From Zancudomyces culisetae HAW-14-8 (lineage: Eukaryota; Fungi; Kickxellomycota), in NCBI GenBank assembly GCA_052426225.1, contig JBNJNM010000021.1:310001-374000 (forward strand): a DNA stretch of 64,000 nucleotides, given 5' to 3'. Of the stretch, positions 33,609 through 47,004 are shown in pieces. Numbering within the stretch: the stretch's first letter is position 1; each line of letters opens with the position of its first letter. Made by a program: the position numbers and the translations under genes. The notes below the pieces were generated by a model. It had not been told where the DNA came from. It was given only the letters and a program-made list of their open reading frames with translations, and ran no database searches.

Positions 33609-36096
33609 ATGTTCACGTCATTGAGGATAGGTAAGTGTGCTCGATTAGAACGTATTATGTATAGTGTAAATAAGCAAAATGTATGTATTGAAATGAGTAC
33701 TAACCCGAGCAAAAATACAAATAGATAAAGGAACAAAGAAGTTCCAGCCCAAGATTTCTCAGCGACGATCAGGGGCAAACGAGAGTAGCGCCAATACACA
33801 AGAAAAAGAAAAAGAAAAAGAACGAGAACGAGAACGAGAAAAGGAAAAGGAAAAGGAAAAGGAAAAGGAACGAGAGCGAGAACGAGAAAAAGAAAAAGAA
33901 AAAGAAAGGGAGAGAGAACGAGAAAGGGAAAAGGAAAAGGAAAAGGAAAAGGAAAAGGAAAAGGAAAAGGAAAAGGAAAAGGAAAAGGAAAAGGAAAAGG
34001 AAAAGGAACGAGAACGAGAACGAGAACGAGAGCAGGTTCAGCGCACTCAAGTGGTGCAAGAAGCACAAAAAACTAAAGAATTACAAGAAGAGCTAGAATC
34101 GCAATTACCACTGGCCCAACCAGCCAAGCGTGAAATTCAAGACACAAAGAGTCCTGTAGCTGACTCGGCTTTAAGAATAGGTGTAAAGGCAGAACCAATT
34201 GCTCAAGATACTACACAACTTAAGCGAGCTAATGACTATCCTAGTTCTGACTCTGAAGCCGATGTTGAAGAGCAAGAAGGCGAACAGGACAAGAGTACAC
34301 AAATTAAGCATGAAGATGTTCAAGACGTTGAAGAAGTGCATAGTAGTGTTCGTGGATTGAGGGGTACGTTTGAACTGGAAAATAGTTTGAATTTGAGTTT
34401 TGAGAGCATAGTTTTCGACAGTGAAGCTACTAAAAGGGATGATATAAGTGGAATAACAGGAAGAGGGCGGGGAAGAGGAAGAGGAAGAGGGAGGGGAAGA
34501 GGAGGAAGCAGAGGGGAAGCCAAACCTAAGGGTAAGTTGAAAGAAACATGTGTACTCGTAATACCAATTTCAACTAATATGTATAACAAAAAAATTGAAC
34601 CAACATGATTTATAGAACCAGCTAGTGATATAGTAACTAAAAGGGCTCGAAAAAGTGCAACCAAGCTTGACGATAATGTGGTCGAAACACCTACAGGAGC
34701 AAGAAGAACACGTACTAAAAGTAAGATGGCGAGAGCATCAGAATCTGAGAAAGAAGCGGAATCAGAGTTGGAGTCAGAATCAGAATCAACATTGGAAGGT
34801 GGAAGAACTAGAAGGGTTAGAGAGAAAGGTACAGTACCACAGGTAATCATAGAACCGACAAATACTGGTGGTACTGTTAAGAAGGCAGCGAAAAGAGGAA
34901 GAAAGTCAGTAGATGAAACAAATAAAACAAAAAGAGGCGCCAAAGGATCGCAGAAGCGTACAGAGAAAGAGAAAGGGGAACAAGAGGAGGAAAAAGAGGA
35001 AGGGGATGAAGAGGAAGATGAATCGATGCTTATGGATGATGATTTCGAGGATATGGATTACGTTGACGAAGCTGAATCCACACAGTCCTCCAGGTCGAAA
35101 CGGATCAAAGGGGAAAAGGAGGAAGTAGCAATTGGGATACGTAAGAAGAAGAGTACCACTGATACAGGTAAAAAGGGCAGAACAGCGAAAAAGGCAAAGA
35201 CAAAGACAAAAGCGGAAGTGGGTATAGAGATAGAAATAGGGACACCCAGCTCTGTTACGACTGTGGCACGGCCGAAAAAAGCACGTGTAGTACAGAAACC
35301 AAAAAAACTACTGAGTTTGACAGAATATGAGGTAGAGGATGATCAGGCTATTTTGAACAAACCAATTGCATATTTTTGCAAAGATAACAAAAAGGGCAAG
35401 CCATCGAAGCTCCTTGTTAAAAGACACAATGAAAAGCTGCTGGCAAAATATGGTGACGAGATCAAAACGCATGAGAACCAACTACTACTAACCGATTCAA
35501 CAAATGCAGCAAACCCAGGTGCCATGGAAACCTCAACAGACACAACAGGCTTGACGGCCGATAAGAAAGCCGGGGTTGCACCTACTACAGCCTCTGCACC
35601 CCCAACTGCTGTTGCACAAATGACTGTGGAGAATGGACAATTGATTCTTGACACAGATTCCCTTTTTGTTAGTCGTCACACGCTGGCACAAGCTGGTGAA
35701 GGGTATTTGGAGCATTCGGCTATGCAGTTGGTTGAGATTGAGGAAGGTGCGCACAACTCTCTTCTTACCAATAGCCGTTCGTTCGCAACCAAAAAGTATT
35801 CAATGAAACGATGGACCCTTGAAGAGACTAGTCAGTTTTTTGAGGTAATTTATTTAATATTGCGCCTGATATACTCTTTATACTTTGACTCGCAAATACA
35901 ATACTACTAACTATATTAATAACACTAGGCATTGCGTAAGTGGGGAACCGACTTTGAGTTAATTTCAGGTGAGCTACAGGGTCGCACTCGGTCAGAAATT
36001 AAAAACAAATTCAATTACGAAGACCGTAAAAACCCTCACTTGATCACCGCTGCTTTATTTAGCCATATTAAAGCACCCGACACAAAAAAGGAATAG
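33609..36096 (+). CDS. BDP1: TFIIIB subunit B'' (Bdp1); exons 33609-33630, 33725-34531, 34616-35844, 35929-36096
   Basis: Exons join in frame; ENGQLILDTDSLFV and C-terminal SANT/Myb domain RWTLEETSQFFE|ALRKWGTDFELIS..RTRSEIKNKFNYEDRKNP. Confidence 0.88.
33802..34032 (+). repeat. Coding hexamer array (GAAAAG/GAACGA/GAAAAA)n encoding a poly-(EK/ER) tract in BDP1
   Basis: ~230 bp of hexamer units lying in frame in BDP1 exon 2. Confidence 0.9.
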
Positions 36097-36232
36097 TTAG
36101 TATTTATATATATATGTGTGTGTATACCAATAATGTTATTAAAAAAAGGGAAATGTGCTTTTTTTGTATTAACTTTTATATTGTTTTTTTTTGTCTCATA
36201 ATATACATCCCTTAAGAAATATATCGTAAACC

Positions 36233-37318
36233 TCAAAGGCGGGCTTTGATCCAATCAGCACAACATGAGAAAAACTTGCCTTTGAATTCCTTTTCAAAGT
36301 GGATTTCGTGGTAGTTGCAATCAAAAATCTCCATTTTCTTGTCCAAATCATTTGGTAAGTTTGAATAAAACTTTTGGGCACCCTGTTCAATACATATTTG
36401 GTCACCACTAGCCTGCAACACTAGAACGGGTACAGAGAATTTTTTGGCACCTACACTGCTGCATTCGTCACCCCTCTTAAGCAGCTCCGCCAGAACACCA
36501 ATCGTGGTGAAGTCGTAGTTATATGGTGAGTCTTCATATGCCTTGCGTACAACTTCATCGCTAGTCAATAGCTTTGTATCAAGTTTGTTTTGGAACGGGA
36601 TATTTGGAAACACGGAGGCAAAGCCTTTTAGTAGCCCGACGACAATAGCAGGTGGCTTAACTTTTGGATTTACCATAAGTGCAGGTGCTGATACAATCAC
36701 GCCAGTTAGTTCCTTTGCATATGGTGTGTTATCACAGTAACTTAGCGCTATACATCCTCCCATTGAATGACCAAACTATATTATCAATATCCACAATGTT
36801 TTAGCTTTTTTTAAAAAATAGAAGGAGCCAAAACAGAGAAGAGTTTTTCATACACAAATGCCACCAATTACTTACTAAAAAGAGAGGCTTTCCCGGTACT
36901 TTAACCCTGTCGAGCATAAACTTGATGGTTTCGTGAACGCCACTAAACGTTCCCATATTTCCCAATTTTCCGCCATTCCTTCTTCCGGTTTTTCCCCATC
37001 CCCTCTGGTCAAACGTTAGTACCAGTATTCCGTTCTTGGCCAAGTACATGGAGATATCTTCGTACCTATCACAGTGTTCTCCAAAACCGTGATGGATTAC
37101 CATTGCCGCAACTACTTCTTGTTCGATGGGCTACGTGTTTAATAAAATGTGTATATTCGTATTGATATGGCCCATTTTTTGTTATTTGATATTTACTACT
37201 TTAAACATACCTTATATTCTCTTGTGTACATTTGAATATCTTTGTAAGATATCCATTCTGCCGTATCCTGTACTCCATCTTTTACCACTTGAATCCTATC
37301 ATATTCACCTTGTGTCAT
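36233..37318 (-). CDS. Monoglyceride lipase / Hydrolase_4 alpha-beta hydrolase (Yju3-like), copy 1, 3 exons
   Basis: HGFGEH, FDQRGWG, FGHSMGG nucleophile elbow, catalytic D (GDQIC) and H (YHEI); two GT-AG introns. Confidence 0.92.
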
Positions 37319-38712
37319 TTCGTCGCGTTTAGCTGTACTTTTTCTTTTAGATTGTTGAAATTAGTGTTTATATCTGTTAGTTTTCTACTTTATCACAATT
37401 AACTTTTATCTTTCCCTTGGTAGTTAACTCGCAAATTTAACTATCTTTCACCAAAGATTATATATCAATTCGTATATTTTAACAAAAAGAAATGAGCAAT
37501 GCAATCCTGGATTGGTTGATACTCGTTCATTCTTCTTGTCTCCCCATAAATTGCCAATCTATTTTGGTTTTTGTTTGCCAAAAAAAAAACATGCGTAAAA
37601 ATTAAATCAGTGCTGCTCAATAAAAAAAATTGAAACAAGATATTATTTATGGCTTTCTTAATTGACTTGAACTCAAATATCACAAGTCCTTTTATTTTGA
37701 TTGATTAATAACAACAATATAGTAATATACTAATAATACCCTCTCGAAAAAAGGACTCTTTCTCCTTCTTAAGCCGTTCAATATCCTATTATGAAAATGA
37801 TAATAAACTAATGCCTGTAGGAAACTCAATCCCTCTATGACTGTAAAAAAAAAGGACCTCTCCATGTGACTATGGTAAATAGCTAGAATTAATAACATGA
37901 GAACTGAAAAAAATGAATTTTACAATTCACCCAGGACAGCAAGCCTGAAATCTCAACCTCAAGCTAAGCAGGACTGTGGTTTGTTTCGTCATTTTATTGT
38001 CCTTTATATCCCTGCTGACCAAAAAAACCATACTAGCATGTGAAAAGTAGTCTTTTAGCTCTTACACTTTTAATTTGAATACCACTAGCAGATGATTTTT
38101 TTGTGAAACTAATGGCTTTGAACAGTTTGCAATATAGATTCAGAGTTATTCACCCTATAAAATGGATATATACGTCAATATGTATGATTAATGCATTTAC
38201 CATACTTTATTTTTCACTTTTACTTTTACTTTTACTATTTTAAAAAGATACACTTTTAAAGATTGAAAGAGGCAAGGGCATGTAGAGAAATGAAAAAATG
38301 CTATATGATCTGGCAATAAAACTGCTTTAGCCATTCAATCTCCCATTACCTTGAGCAGATACCATGTAGTCAATTAATATTCAAACAGGTTATATTAACA
38401 AATATTTCCAGCTGCTTTCGATTGTTATTCTTTTGTCATTAAACAAAGCTGGAACATGTGTAAATCCAGCATTGTGTTCTGACTAACTTGTACCCTCTTA
38501 CATATACTATATTATTGTTTAGGTAAACCACCGAACTTTGTGTTTTGATCCTGTTGCGTACTTATATATGACGCCATATCGAAACGTAGTTTTAAAAGCA
38601 CTTTCTATTCCTTAAGTCATAAATAGAAAAATAAATCCAAAAGTGAGATATGCAAACAAAAAATAGCCTATTTCTCAACTGCCATACGCAACTACAAACT
38701 GGTCCATAAACT

Positions 38713-39804
38713 TCAAAGATGAGCATTGATCCAGTCAGAACAACTCTTGTAAAACCTTTCCTTGAACTCCTGCTCATTAAAAATTTCATGATAATCACAT
38801 TTATATAGATCGTACTTTTTTTCCAAGCTTTCTGGGAGATTGGAAAAAAACTCGTCAGCGCCTTTGACGTCACAAATCTCGTCACCATCAGCCTGTAGCA
38901 ACAAGACAGGTGTAACAAATCTTTTAGCACCCTCCTTAGAGCATTCCTCTCCCTTCCTGAGAAGTTCTTCCAAAACACCAATGGTAGAGATGTCGTGATT
39001 ATACGGCGATGCATCATATGCCTGACGCGCACCTTCGTCGCTTGTAAGTAATGCTGTTTCAAGTTTGTTGCGGAATGGGATATTGCGGAATGGGGTGTTT
39101 TGAAGTAATAGAGTAAGTGTTCGCAAAAACGTGACCACAACTGCTGGCGGTCCGACTTTTGGGTTTATTGCAAGCGCAGGCGCAGATGCAATTACAGTGG
39201 ACAGATCCTTTGCGTATTCGGTGTCTGCGCAATATCCTAGAGCTATACCACCTCCCATTGAATGGCCAAACTATATTTTTAATTTTAAAAGTTGCTTTAT
39301 GATTTCACCCTCGGTTAATCAACCATTGATAAATGGAATGCGCTAGTTGCTAACAACTTACCAGGTGAAGTGGTTTTCCAGGTACTTTAACCCTATCAAG
39401 CATAAATTTTACTGTATCATAGACTTCGCTATATTTTCCCATATTTCCCAACTGTCCCGAGTTCCTTTGACCTGTTTTTCCCCACCCTCTATGATCATAC
39501 GAAAACACCAAAATACCCTGTTTGGCAAAGTACATACAAAAATTCTCGTATCTGTCACAGAATTCACCATAGCCATGTAGTACAACCATTACTGCTTTGA
39601 TCTCTCGGTCTGTTGGCTAGATTTTTACCGTACCATAACTTTTATTTAGTTTAACGCGTTAACGCATAACAAATTCAATGCAAAACAAACATTTACCCTG
39701 TACTCTCTGGTGTATATATCAATGTCTTTATAGCGTACCCACTCTGTAGTGTCTAGTATTCCATCACTGATAACCTCAGTTTTTTCATACTGCAATTGCG
39801 CCAT
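38713..39804 (-). CDS. Monoglyceride lipase / Hydrolase_4 alpha-beta hydrolase, copy 2, 3 exons
   Basis: HGYGEF, YDHRGWG, FGHSMGG, GDEIC, YHEI; same intron positions as copy 1. Confidence 0.92.
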
Positions 39805-40347
39805 TCTGTATAAAAGAAAACAGTATGGTTGGTCTAATTTGTTATTGTTGTTGTCTTTGATGTTGTCCTTGTATCCAGAATTAACGCTGTGAAGTTTTAA
39901 ACTTGAGCGCCAAAATATCTATTTGAGTTTTCTCGTCTCACTTAATAGGTTCCCAAAGCGCTTATATATTTGGTTTTGTGTGATTAATGGCCTAAGTAGC
40001 AGAGAAAAGACAACATTGGGTGCTCAACAACTCGTAGATTCATTCTTCATGTGGTCATCCAATGAACTGGCTCTTTTCTTAATGAAGAGTAAAAAAGCGA
40101 AATACCATTCGCCCATCTAAGGTACGCTGTTCACGTGGCCTTTTGTCCACATTTGATCTAATTGTTGGCATAATTCTGAATTTCACATGATTGCATTTCA
40201 GTGTGTTGGAATTCAAAACCAGGAGAAAAATCCCAATAAAAAATAACAGACCAGAATAGAGGAAAGAAAGGCATAGAGCCAACGGGGCCTAATAAAATAG
40301 AAGGGTGATTGTAAAGTTGGCTTGACTTTGTAAACATTTCCAAAAAA

Positions 40348-41316
40348 ATGACACTGAATTCATACAAACGGGTCCTGGCCTCGGTTGGGCAGTTCTGTGC
40401 CAACAATGACATTCAGAAAAACTGCTCCATCTGTGTAGACCTAATAAAGCGGGCTGCTAGCATCGGATCACAGATTCTCTTTTTGCCTGAAGCTTCAGAT
40501 TATCTTCCAGTAAATCCCGCAGAGGGAATGCGTTTAGCACAGCGTTTAGACGGAGAGTTTGTGACTAAAATTAGGGAAGCCGTTAAAGAAAATAACATAT
40601 GGTTATCGATTGGAGTGCATGAACTCGACGCCACGGTTCCAACTACCTCTCAGGGAAATCCAAACGAAGGTGGAGGTGAAGCAGAGGCAGAGAAAAGTGA
40701 AGGTGTGCGGGCTTATAACAGCAACATCTTGATAAATAACGAGGGACAAATAGTATCTGTCTACAGAAAACTTCATCTTTTTGATGTGGAAATACCGAAT
40801 GGTCCCAGAATCTTTGAAAGCGATTCTATGAAACCGGGATCGAAGATCATTAAACCAACTACAGAAACACCAGTAGGGAGCTTGGGGCTGGCGATATGCT
40901 ACGATCTTCGATTTGGTGAATTGGCTCAAACTTTGCGAGATATGGGTGCAACAGCAATCGCATTTCCTGCAGCATTCACTGAAAAGACGGGAGCTGCGCA
41001 TTGGGAAATTCTTGTGCGTGCCAGGGCGATTGAAACACAATGTTTTGTTTTTGCCGCAGCACAGATCGGTAAACACAACCAAGGGGCTGCTCAAAACCAT
41101 ACCAGGAGCGGCCACACTCCAGCGGGTAGTTTTGGAAATGCCATGATAGTTGATCCCTGGGGCACAGTCCTTGCAAAGTGCAGCGATTTCACTACCGAAC
41201 CAAGCCTAGCGACAGCAGAGATTGATATGCAACGCCTAGAAAAAATCCGGACACAAATGCCAGTGGCTAAACATCGACGACGTGATATATTTTCTTTTGT
41301 TTCTTTTAAGGAATAG
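40348..41316 (+). CDS. Nitrilase-family amidase (deaminated glutathione amidase, human NIT1 / yeast Nit2 type)
   Basis: Glu-Lys-Cys triad: LFLPEASDY, YRKLHLFDV, AICYDLRF; TGAAHWEILVRARAIETQC. Confidence 0.95.
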   Translation: MTLNSYKRVLASVGQFCANNDIQKNCSICVDLIKRAASIGSQILFLPEASDYLPVNPAEGMRLAQRLDGEFVTKIREAVKENNIWLSIGVHELDATVPTTSQGNPNEGGGEAEAEKSEGVRAYNSNILINNEGQIVSVYRKLHLFDVEIPNGPRIFESDSMKPGSKIIKPTTETPVGSLGLAICYDLRFGELAQTLRDMGATAIAFPAAFTEKTGAAHWEILVRARAIETQCFVFAAAQIGKHNQGAAQNHTRSGHTPAGSFGNAMIVDPWGTVLAKCSDFTTEPSLATAEIDMQRLEKIRTQMPVAKHRRRDIFSFVSFKE

Positions 41317-41418
41317 TTTATCCAATTAAAGTGGTAAATAGCATGAAGACTCAAATTACATAAAACATTAGTGGTATTTTTTTTTGAAGAAAAAAAAGGA
41401 ATAAAGCTAAATCCAGGA

Positions 41419-43508
41419 TCAATAACGCTTGCGGGTAAACGAGGGTTTCCAATCAAGAGGGTGTGATTCAGGAGTGGCTTCATCATCCTCTTTGTATATT
41501 TTAATCGATTTATCAGCCTCGCCAGTTATTAGACGAAGACCAGTTTTATCAAAAGTGGAAACAAATATTCCCGCCTCACTATCCAACGAACCAGGCTGAA
41601 CAATTGTGTCGGAGTTTTGGAAACAATGGCCAGTTTTCCAGTCCCAGAATCGCATACTTCCATTATCGGCTAATGTAGCAACAGAAAAGGTTATTTTTAT
41701 GGTTGTGTATAGTTATAAGCAAACAAATATGTAAACAGTTAGATGATATAAAATATTGGGAAAGGTTACCTCCAGAAAAGACAATGTTATCGTTATTTAC
41801 AGAAAGTGTGTTGATTATGGAGTTGTGGCCCTCGAAATTCTGGACAAAATCACCTCTGGGACATCTCCATTGTTTAATGCTATTGGTACTCCCACTGATG
41901 AACCCAAATTCAGAAGGATGAATGGCAAGGGCGCGAACAGATTTCTTGTGGTGCGTCAGTGTCGACATAGCCTTGCCAGCCGCAAGATCCCAAAGCTTGA
42001 TTGTCGAGTCCATAGACCCAGTAATTACTTGAGGATCGGCTTCCTGACATTTGACTGATGCAATGGTGGCGCTATGACCAGACAAGACATGGACAGCTTG
42101 TTTTGTTCGGATATCCCATACTCTTGCTGTAGAATCACGACCAGCAGTGACCAGCAGGTCCAGTACAGGGTGCAGTGACATTGCATATATTCCCGATAGA
42201 TGGCCATGGTAATGGCGGATTACTTTGTTCTGTTCAAGATCCCAACACTTTATCATCTTATCCTCACCACAGGAAAACAAGTAGGGGTGTCGAGGTGACA
42301 CTTCTAGCCCTCTAACAGGCGAAATGTGTCCTGTTAGTGTAAGTTTTAAGATTCCTGATGCAAGATCCCATACCTACAAATTGATTTTACAAAAAGCACT
42401 TATTTTGTCGTAAACTGTAGTCTATTGGCTCACCGATAGCTATAACTTATTAATAAATCCAATGCCTTACCTTGATGGTTCTATCTACACTTCCTGAAGC
42501 AAACCACTTGTTTCCTGGCTCAACTGCTAACGACCTTACCCATCCCATATGTCCTGTTAACACCTGCAGTCAATTTATAGTTTATATTAGTCGTTTTTAC
42601 CTTTTTTTTTACAGTATGTTGTTTCTAATGCTGTTTTTATACACCTCTTACCCTCATTAATTTCCATGGTGCGTGCCATTCTGGTCGTGGTGCCTCATAG
42701 TTTCTCTTTCTCACCAAACTCTGCCCAACTGGCGTGTGTGCTTGTTTTTCTTTTTCTTTCCCTCCAGCGCTATCGTGTTTGATCAGTTGGTCCGATTGTT
42801 CGACTCTCGCTTTAGCCTTTTTTTTGCTATTTTATCAGATTAAAATTATTAAACACTCTTACACTTAAGTTATCTTGTGTGTACGTACAAAAAAGCCATA
42901 TTTGAAAGAATAGTAATAATAATATGAAGTAGTCCTTCTAACCTTGTTTTGGTTTGTTTTCCGCCTAATTTTGCTACTATCGAATTCACATCCTCGTTCA
43001 ATCTGTCCAAATCCTTTGTTTTGCCTAAGTATTGTGAATGAATAATCGAATTATTAATCGTTCGTGATTTCATTGTTAATTTTCAGTATGTTCATGCATG
43101 ATTGTACTAAAGATTTTATCGTTGAAATAGCGAAACTGTACTAACCTTGGGGCTCTGCTTCGTTTTTTATTAATAGAAATTTGCTTTCTGTGCTTAATGT
43201 AGTTGCTTCTTCTGCTTTTCGCGCAGTTTTATATTCAGAATTTAATTTACAGGCAATTTTTACTCTCTGACTACTCGTATAGAAATATAGAGATTAAAGA
43301 AAGATTAAAATTTTTTAATTATAGCATATACGCTGTTTTATCATATCGTAATATCGTATAAAGTAGTATAGCAATAGGAAAAGAAAGCCTACCTCTCCTC
43401 GCATTTGGCTGGTAAAAGGCCATAATCTTCCTGAAATAGGATTTTTGTTCGTTCAATGTTTACTGAACTTAACTTATTTGCATGTTCTAATTCTGTTTCC
43501 GCCATCAT
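41419..43508 (-). CDS. PRP46: Pre-mRNA splicing factor Prp46/PLRG1 (WD40), about 7 exons
   Basis: [12 protein letters not shown]|[60 protein letters not shown]. Confidence 0.96.
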
Positions 43509-43996
43509 ATACACTTGATCTATTCAGTAGACTTTTGGTTTATTTTCTATTTGATTTTAAGATGGTTCATTTATATTTCATTGCTCTTTCAAGGTTTTAA
43601 TTGCTTTTTTTTCGCGATATTTGCTAATTGCAAAAACTGCATATTTTTTTAAAAAAAAAAATTGACCCTGAAATTGGAAGTGCAAGAGTGTTGGTTGTAA
43701 AAGCATTCAAGTACAGAAAACCCAACAACCTTTTTCTTGGCTCAAGTCGTACTTTGTTTCATTTAGTATGGTATCTAACAGTACAGATACAATCTATACG
43801 ACAGACACTCTAGATCCCCTGGCTATTTCATGAGCTCAGCTTATTGAAAAAATAAACACGCAGGGCACAAGTGAAGCAAGAATAATAGTGTATGAATAGA
43901 TCAATGCGAACCCACATACTTATTCACCATTGACTATGCTGTAATGTGTCCTAGTGCTGAAAAAGAAGTGTTGCTAGAGGTACGTTCAGTGCTATA

Positions 43997-44020
43997 TTGA
44001 CGTCAACCCATATTTGGTAA
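43997..44020. promoter_or_regulatory. Adjacent CRE palindrome (TTGACGTCAA) and CArG box (CCATATTTGG) in the PRP46/OGG1 divergent promoter
   Basis: Exact consensus matches at 43997-44006 and 44008-44017. Confidence 0.45.
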
Positions 44021-44286
44021 CCAAGGCTACATTCAGCCTTCCTGATACCTCTTGTTAGATATTGTTTTTTTTTCTCGATTTTTTTTTTGAGTGTTGGTTT
44101 TCAAACATTTGATTTAGATCAAAAATATAAATAAATATGAAACAGGAGTGTTGAACTTTACAAAAATAAACAAACCTTTAATAGATAGTATTTTTGCCAA
44201 AAGAAATATACAGGACAGAAAAACGAAAAGTCAGTAGACAACAAACAGTAGAGAATAGACAATAGAGATAGAGAGATAGACATAAA

Positions 44287-45988
44287 ATGAAACTCAATAG
44301 TTATTGGACAGAGCTCTGCAATTCTCAAAAAGAGCTAAACTTGCATTACACATTAATGTGTGGGCAGGCCTTTCGATGGATAAATGTTGATGGAAATACT
44401 TGGTAAGTGGCTTATCATTTTTTTTTAGCTTTTGGTTTGTGTATTCTTTGAACAAGTATAAAATATGTATTGCGTTAGGGTGTGTGGTCTTTGGGATAAG
44501 GGCATAGCTCTTCGAGAGCAAGGTAAAGTTTCACATTCAGGCATAATATTATTGATACCTTAAGTCTTTAGTAATACGCGGGAAGCCCCAATAAACAAAT
44601 AAGCCTAACTAGACAAGTATGTTTTGAACATAGGTGATAAGGTATTATTCAGAGTATTGACCGAAAAGAGTATAAAAAAAGAAGAACAGATGCCAGTGCA
44701 AGAGGATTTGAAATGTGATACAAATAAATATATCGAAATGAAACTAAAGAGTTATTTCCAGCTGGAGGTTTCACTGGAAAACCTATGCAACAGGTGGTCC
44801 GAGATTGATTACAACTTCAAAAAAAAGTATATAGTTGACAAAAGAATAGGTATCCGCACACTGGACCAAGATCCTGTTGAAAATCTGTTTACATTTATTT
44901 GCACGAGTAATAACAACATCAAACGGATTACAAAAATGGTAATTGTCTGTATATTTTGAACATTCTTTTATTATCACATACCATGATAAAATGCGAGTGT
45001 TTCTACCAAGAGCTTTGAGCTGGGTGTTTTATTCAAATTAATGTTGAAGTCAAATGTTTGATAGGTTAACAACTTGTGTATAGAATATGGAGAAAAAATT
45101 GAATTGGATGACCCTGAAGTGGATGGTATTAAGGAGGTCTATAAATTTCCAAAAATAGCAGCGTTGGCGCAAGATGGAGTTGAAGCAAGGCTGAAAAGTC
45201 TTGGGTTCGGGTATAGAGCCAAATACATATCACAGACAGCCAAATACATATGTTCTATTTCTAACGATCCAGATAGTTGGCTGGTAGATACGTTAAAATA
45301 CAACAGAACTAAGACCGGTGACATTTTGTCTGGGTCAGCCGATACACATGTTAAAAACAACGAGCGGTATCCAAGTATTAAAGACGAGCTGTTAAAGATG
45401 ACTGGTGTTGGGCCAAAAGTGGCGGATTGTGTATGCTTGATGTCGATGAGAGTTACCCAGGCTATTCCCGTTGATACGCATGTATTACAGGTTGCTAGAA
45501 GGGATTATGCTGATAATTCGAACTTTGTAAATATCATAAAATCCAGAGTTGGCAGTAAAAAGACCAGTAACAGGCCGAAATCGTCATTACCTGAGTCAAC
45601 GACTGTGAAGATGGAGAATTACACTGGATACGACATTACTGTACAAGAGGCGACTGAGTTTACTAAAATTATAAAAAGCACATCGAAAAATTCAAAAGCG
45701 ACAGTTACAAAACCGATCTATGAAGCCATACACAAGATGTTTAACGTGATATTTGGTGAATATAGTGGGTGGGCCCAAAGTATTTTATTTGTTAGCGATT
45801 TGCCTGATTCGATTTCCAGCTTGGGTTCAAATGAAACGGGTGCTTCGGACAAGCCTAATGATATTATTGCAGGATCAGGAGATGCGCAGCCGACAATACA
45901 GCCAATAATACAGCCGACCCCGTTATCAAATACAACTGAGGGTAGAGAGACTAGGAGTAAATCTAAAAAAATTAAACTCGAAGAATAG
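44287..45988 (+). CDS. OGG1: 8-oxoguanine DNA glycosylase/AP lyase, 4 exons
   Basis: TLMCGQAFRW, GIRTLDQDPVENLFTFICTSNNNIKRI, LGFGYRAKY, HhH GVGPKVADC, PVDTH, GEYSGWAQSILF. Confidence 0.95.
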
Positions 45989-47004
45989 TGCAGTATTTCA
46001 AACTGGTGGACTGGTGAATAAGGGGAGGTGACTAAATTTTATCAAAGAATTGTGGGTGGTGGATTATGATTTAGGGATATCAACGCTGGTGGGTATGAAT
46101 TCATTGTTTTGCTAGTGTGAGTTGCCGCCACTTGATAGAGAGCTGAAGGCGTAATTAATTATTCAACCAGTTTGGGCTCCAACTTTCGAGTCCAGATCTC
46201 GCATTGAAGAACATTAATCGAGCTTTGAGACATTATAAGAATTTAATCGAGCTTTTGACAAATTGAAATCCTTGATTTCGTGGTAATTGCTAATTACAAA
46301 AAAATATCTATTTGTGGGAAAGCATCAGTGTCATTATGAGCAATTAGGCGTAATTTTTTTTATAGTTTATACCAAAATAGGGAATTATTTTTTTTGATTT
46401 TATGGAAAAAAGAAAACTAAAGGGTTAGGGGGCGGGGAATAGAAAAAGCTGGTACAAACTTTTATTATATGTTGGGTATTATTTATACCCATATGTGCAA
46501 TAGTGGACACTTTTGTACGCATAAACACACAGTAGTTGTATTAATTATCAGGATATGACACTAAAAATGGATAATACTCATTTTTCAAAATAAGAATGCA
46601 TAAAAAACTGTCAAAAGGAGAATAAGAAAATGTGTTTAAAGGGTATATAAAGCCAGACGAGTATTTTTTTATTTTTTATTTTATTTTTGGAAATAAAAGT
46701 TGGCATTTAAAAAAAATTTTTATAACATTGGTATTGTTTCTTGGATTGGAAATTTGGTTTGAAAGGATCCTAATTGCAATTTTATTGGTGTAACCAAGAA
46801 AAAAGCAACAAAAACAAATAAAAACCGACAGAATTAGAAGAGAGAAAAGGTTGTAGAGGCAAAAACTGGCGAAAAAAAATATTTTTAACAAAAAGACAAT
46901 TGTAAATTGATTTTCAAATTATTGTTACTGTTCATAAAACACAACTAAACATTTTTGAACTTGGATTTTGAACTCTAAGCCAAATTTAAAAAAAACTTAT
47001 AAGA

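Noticed and set aside
33578-34068. Minus-strand ORFs with (FP)n/(FL)n repeats
   Set aside because: Antisense shadows of the BDP1 EK/ER coding repeat.
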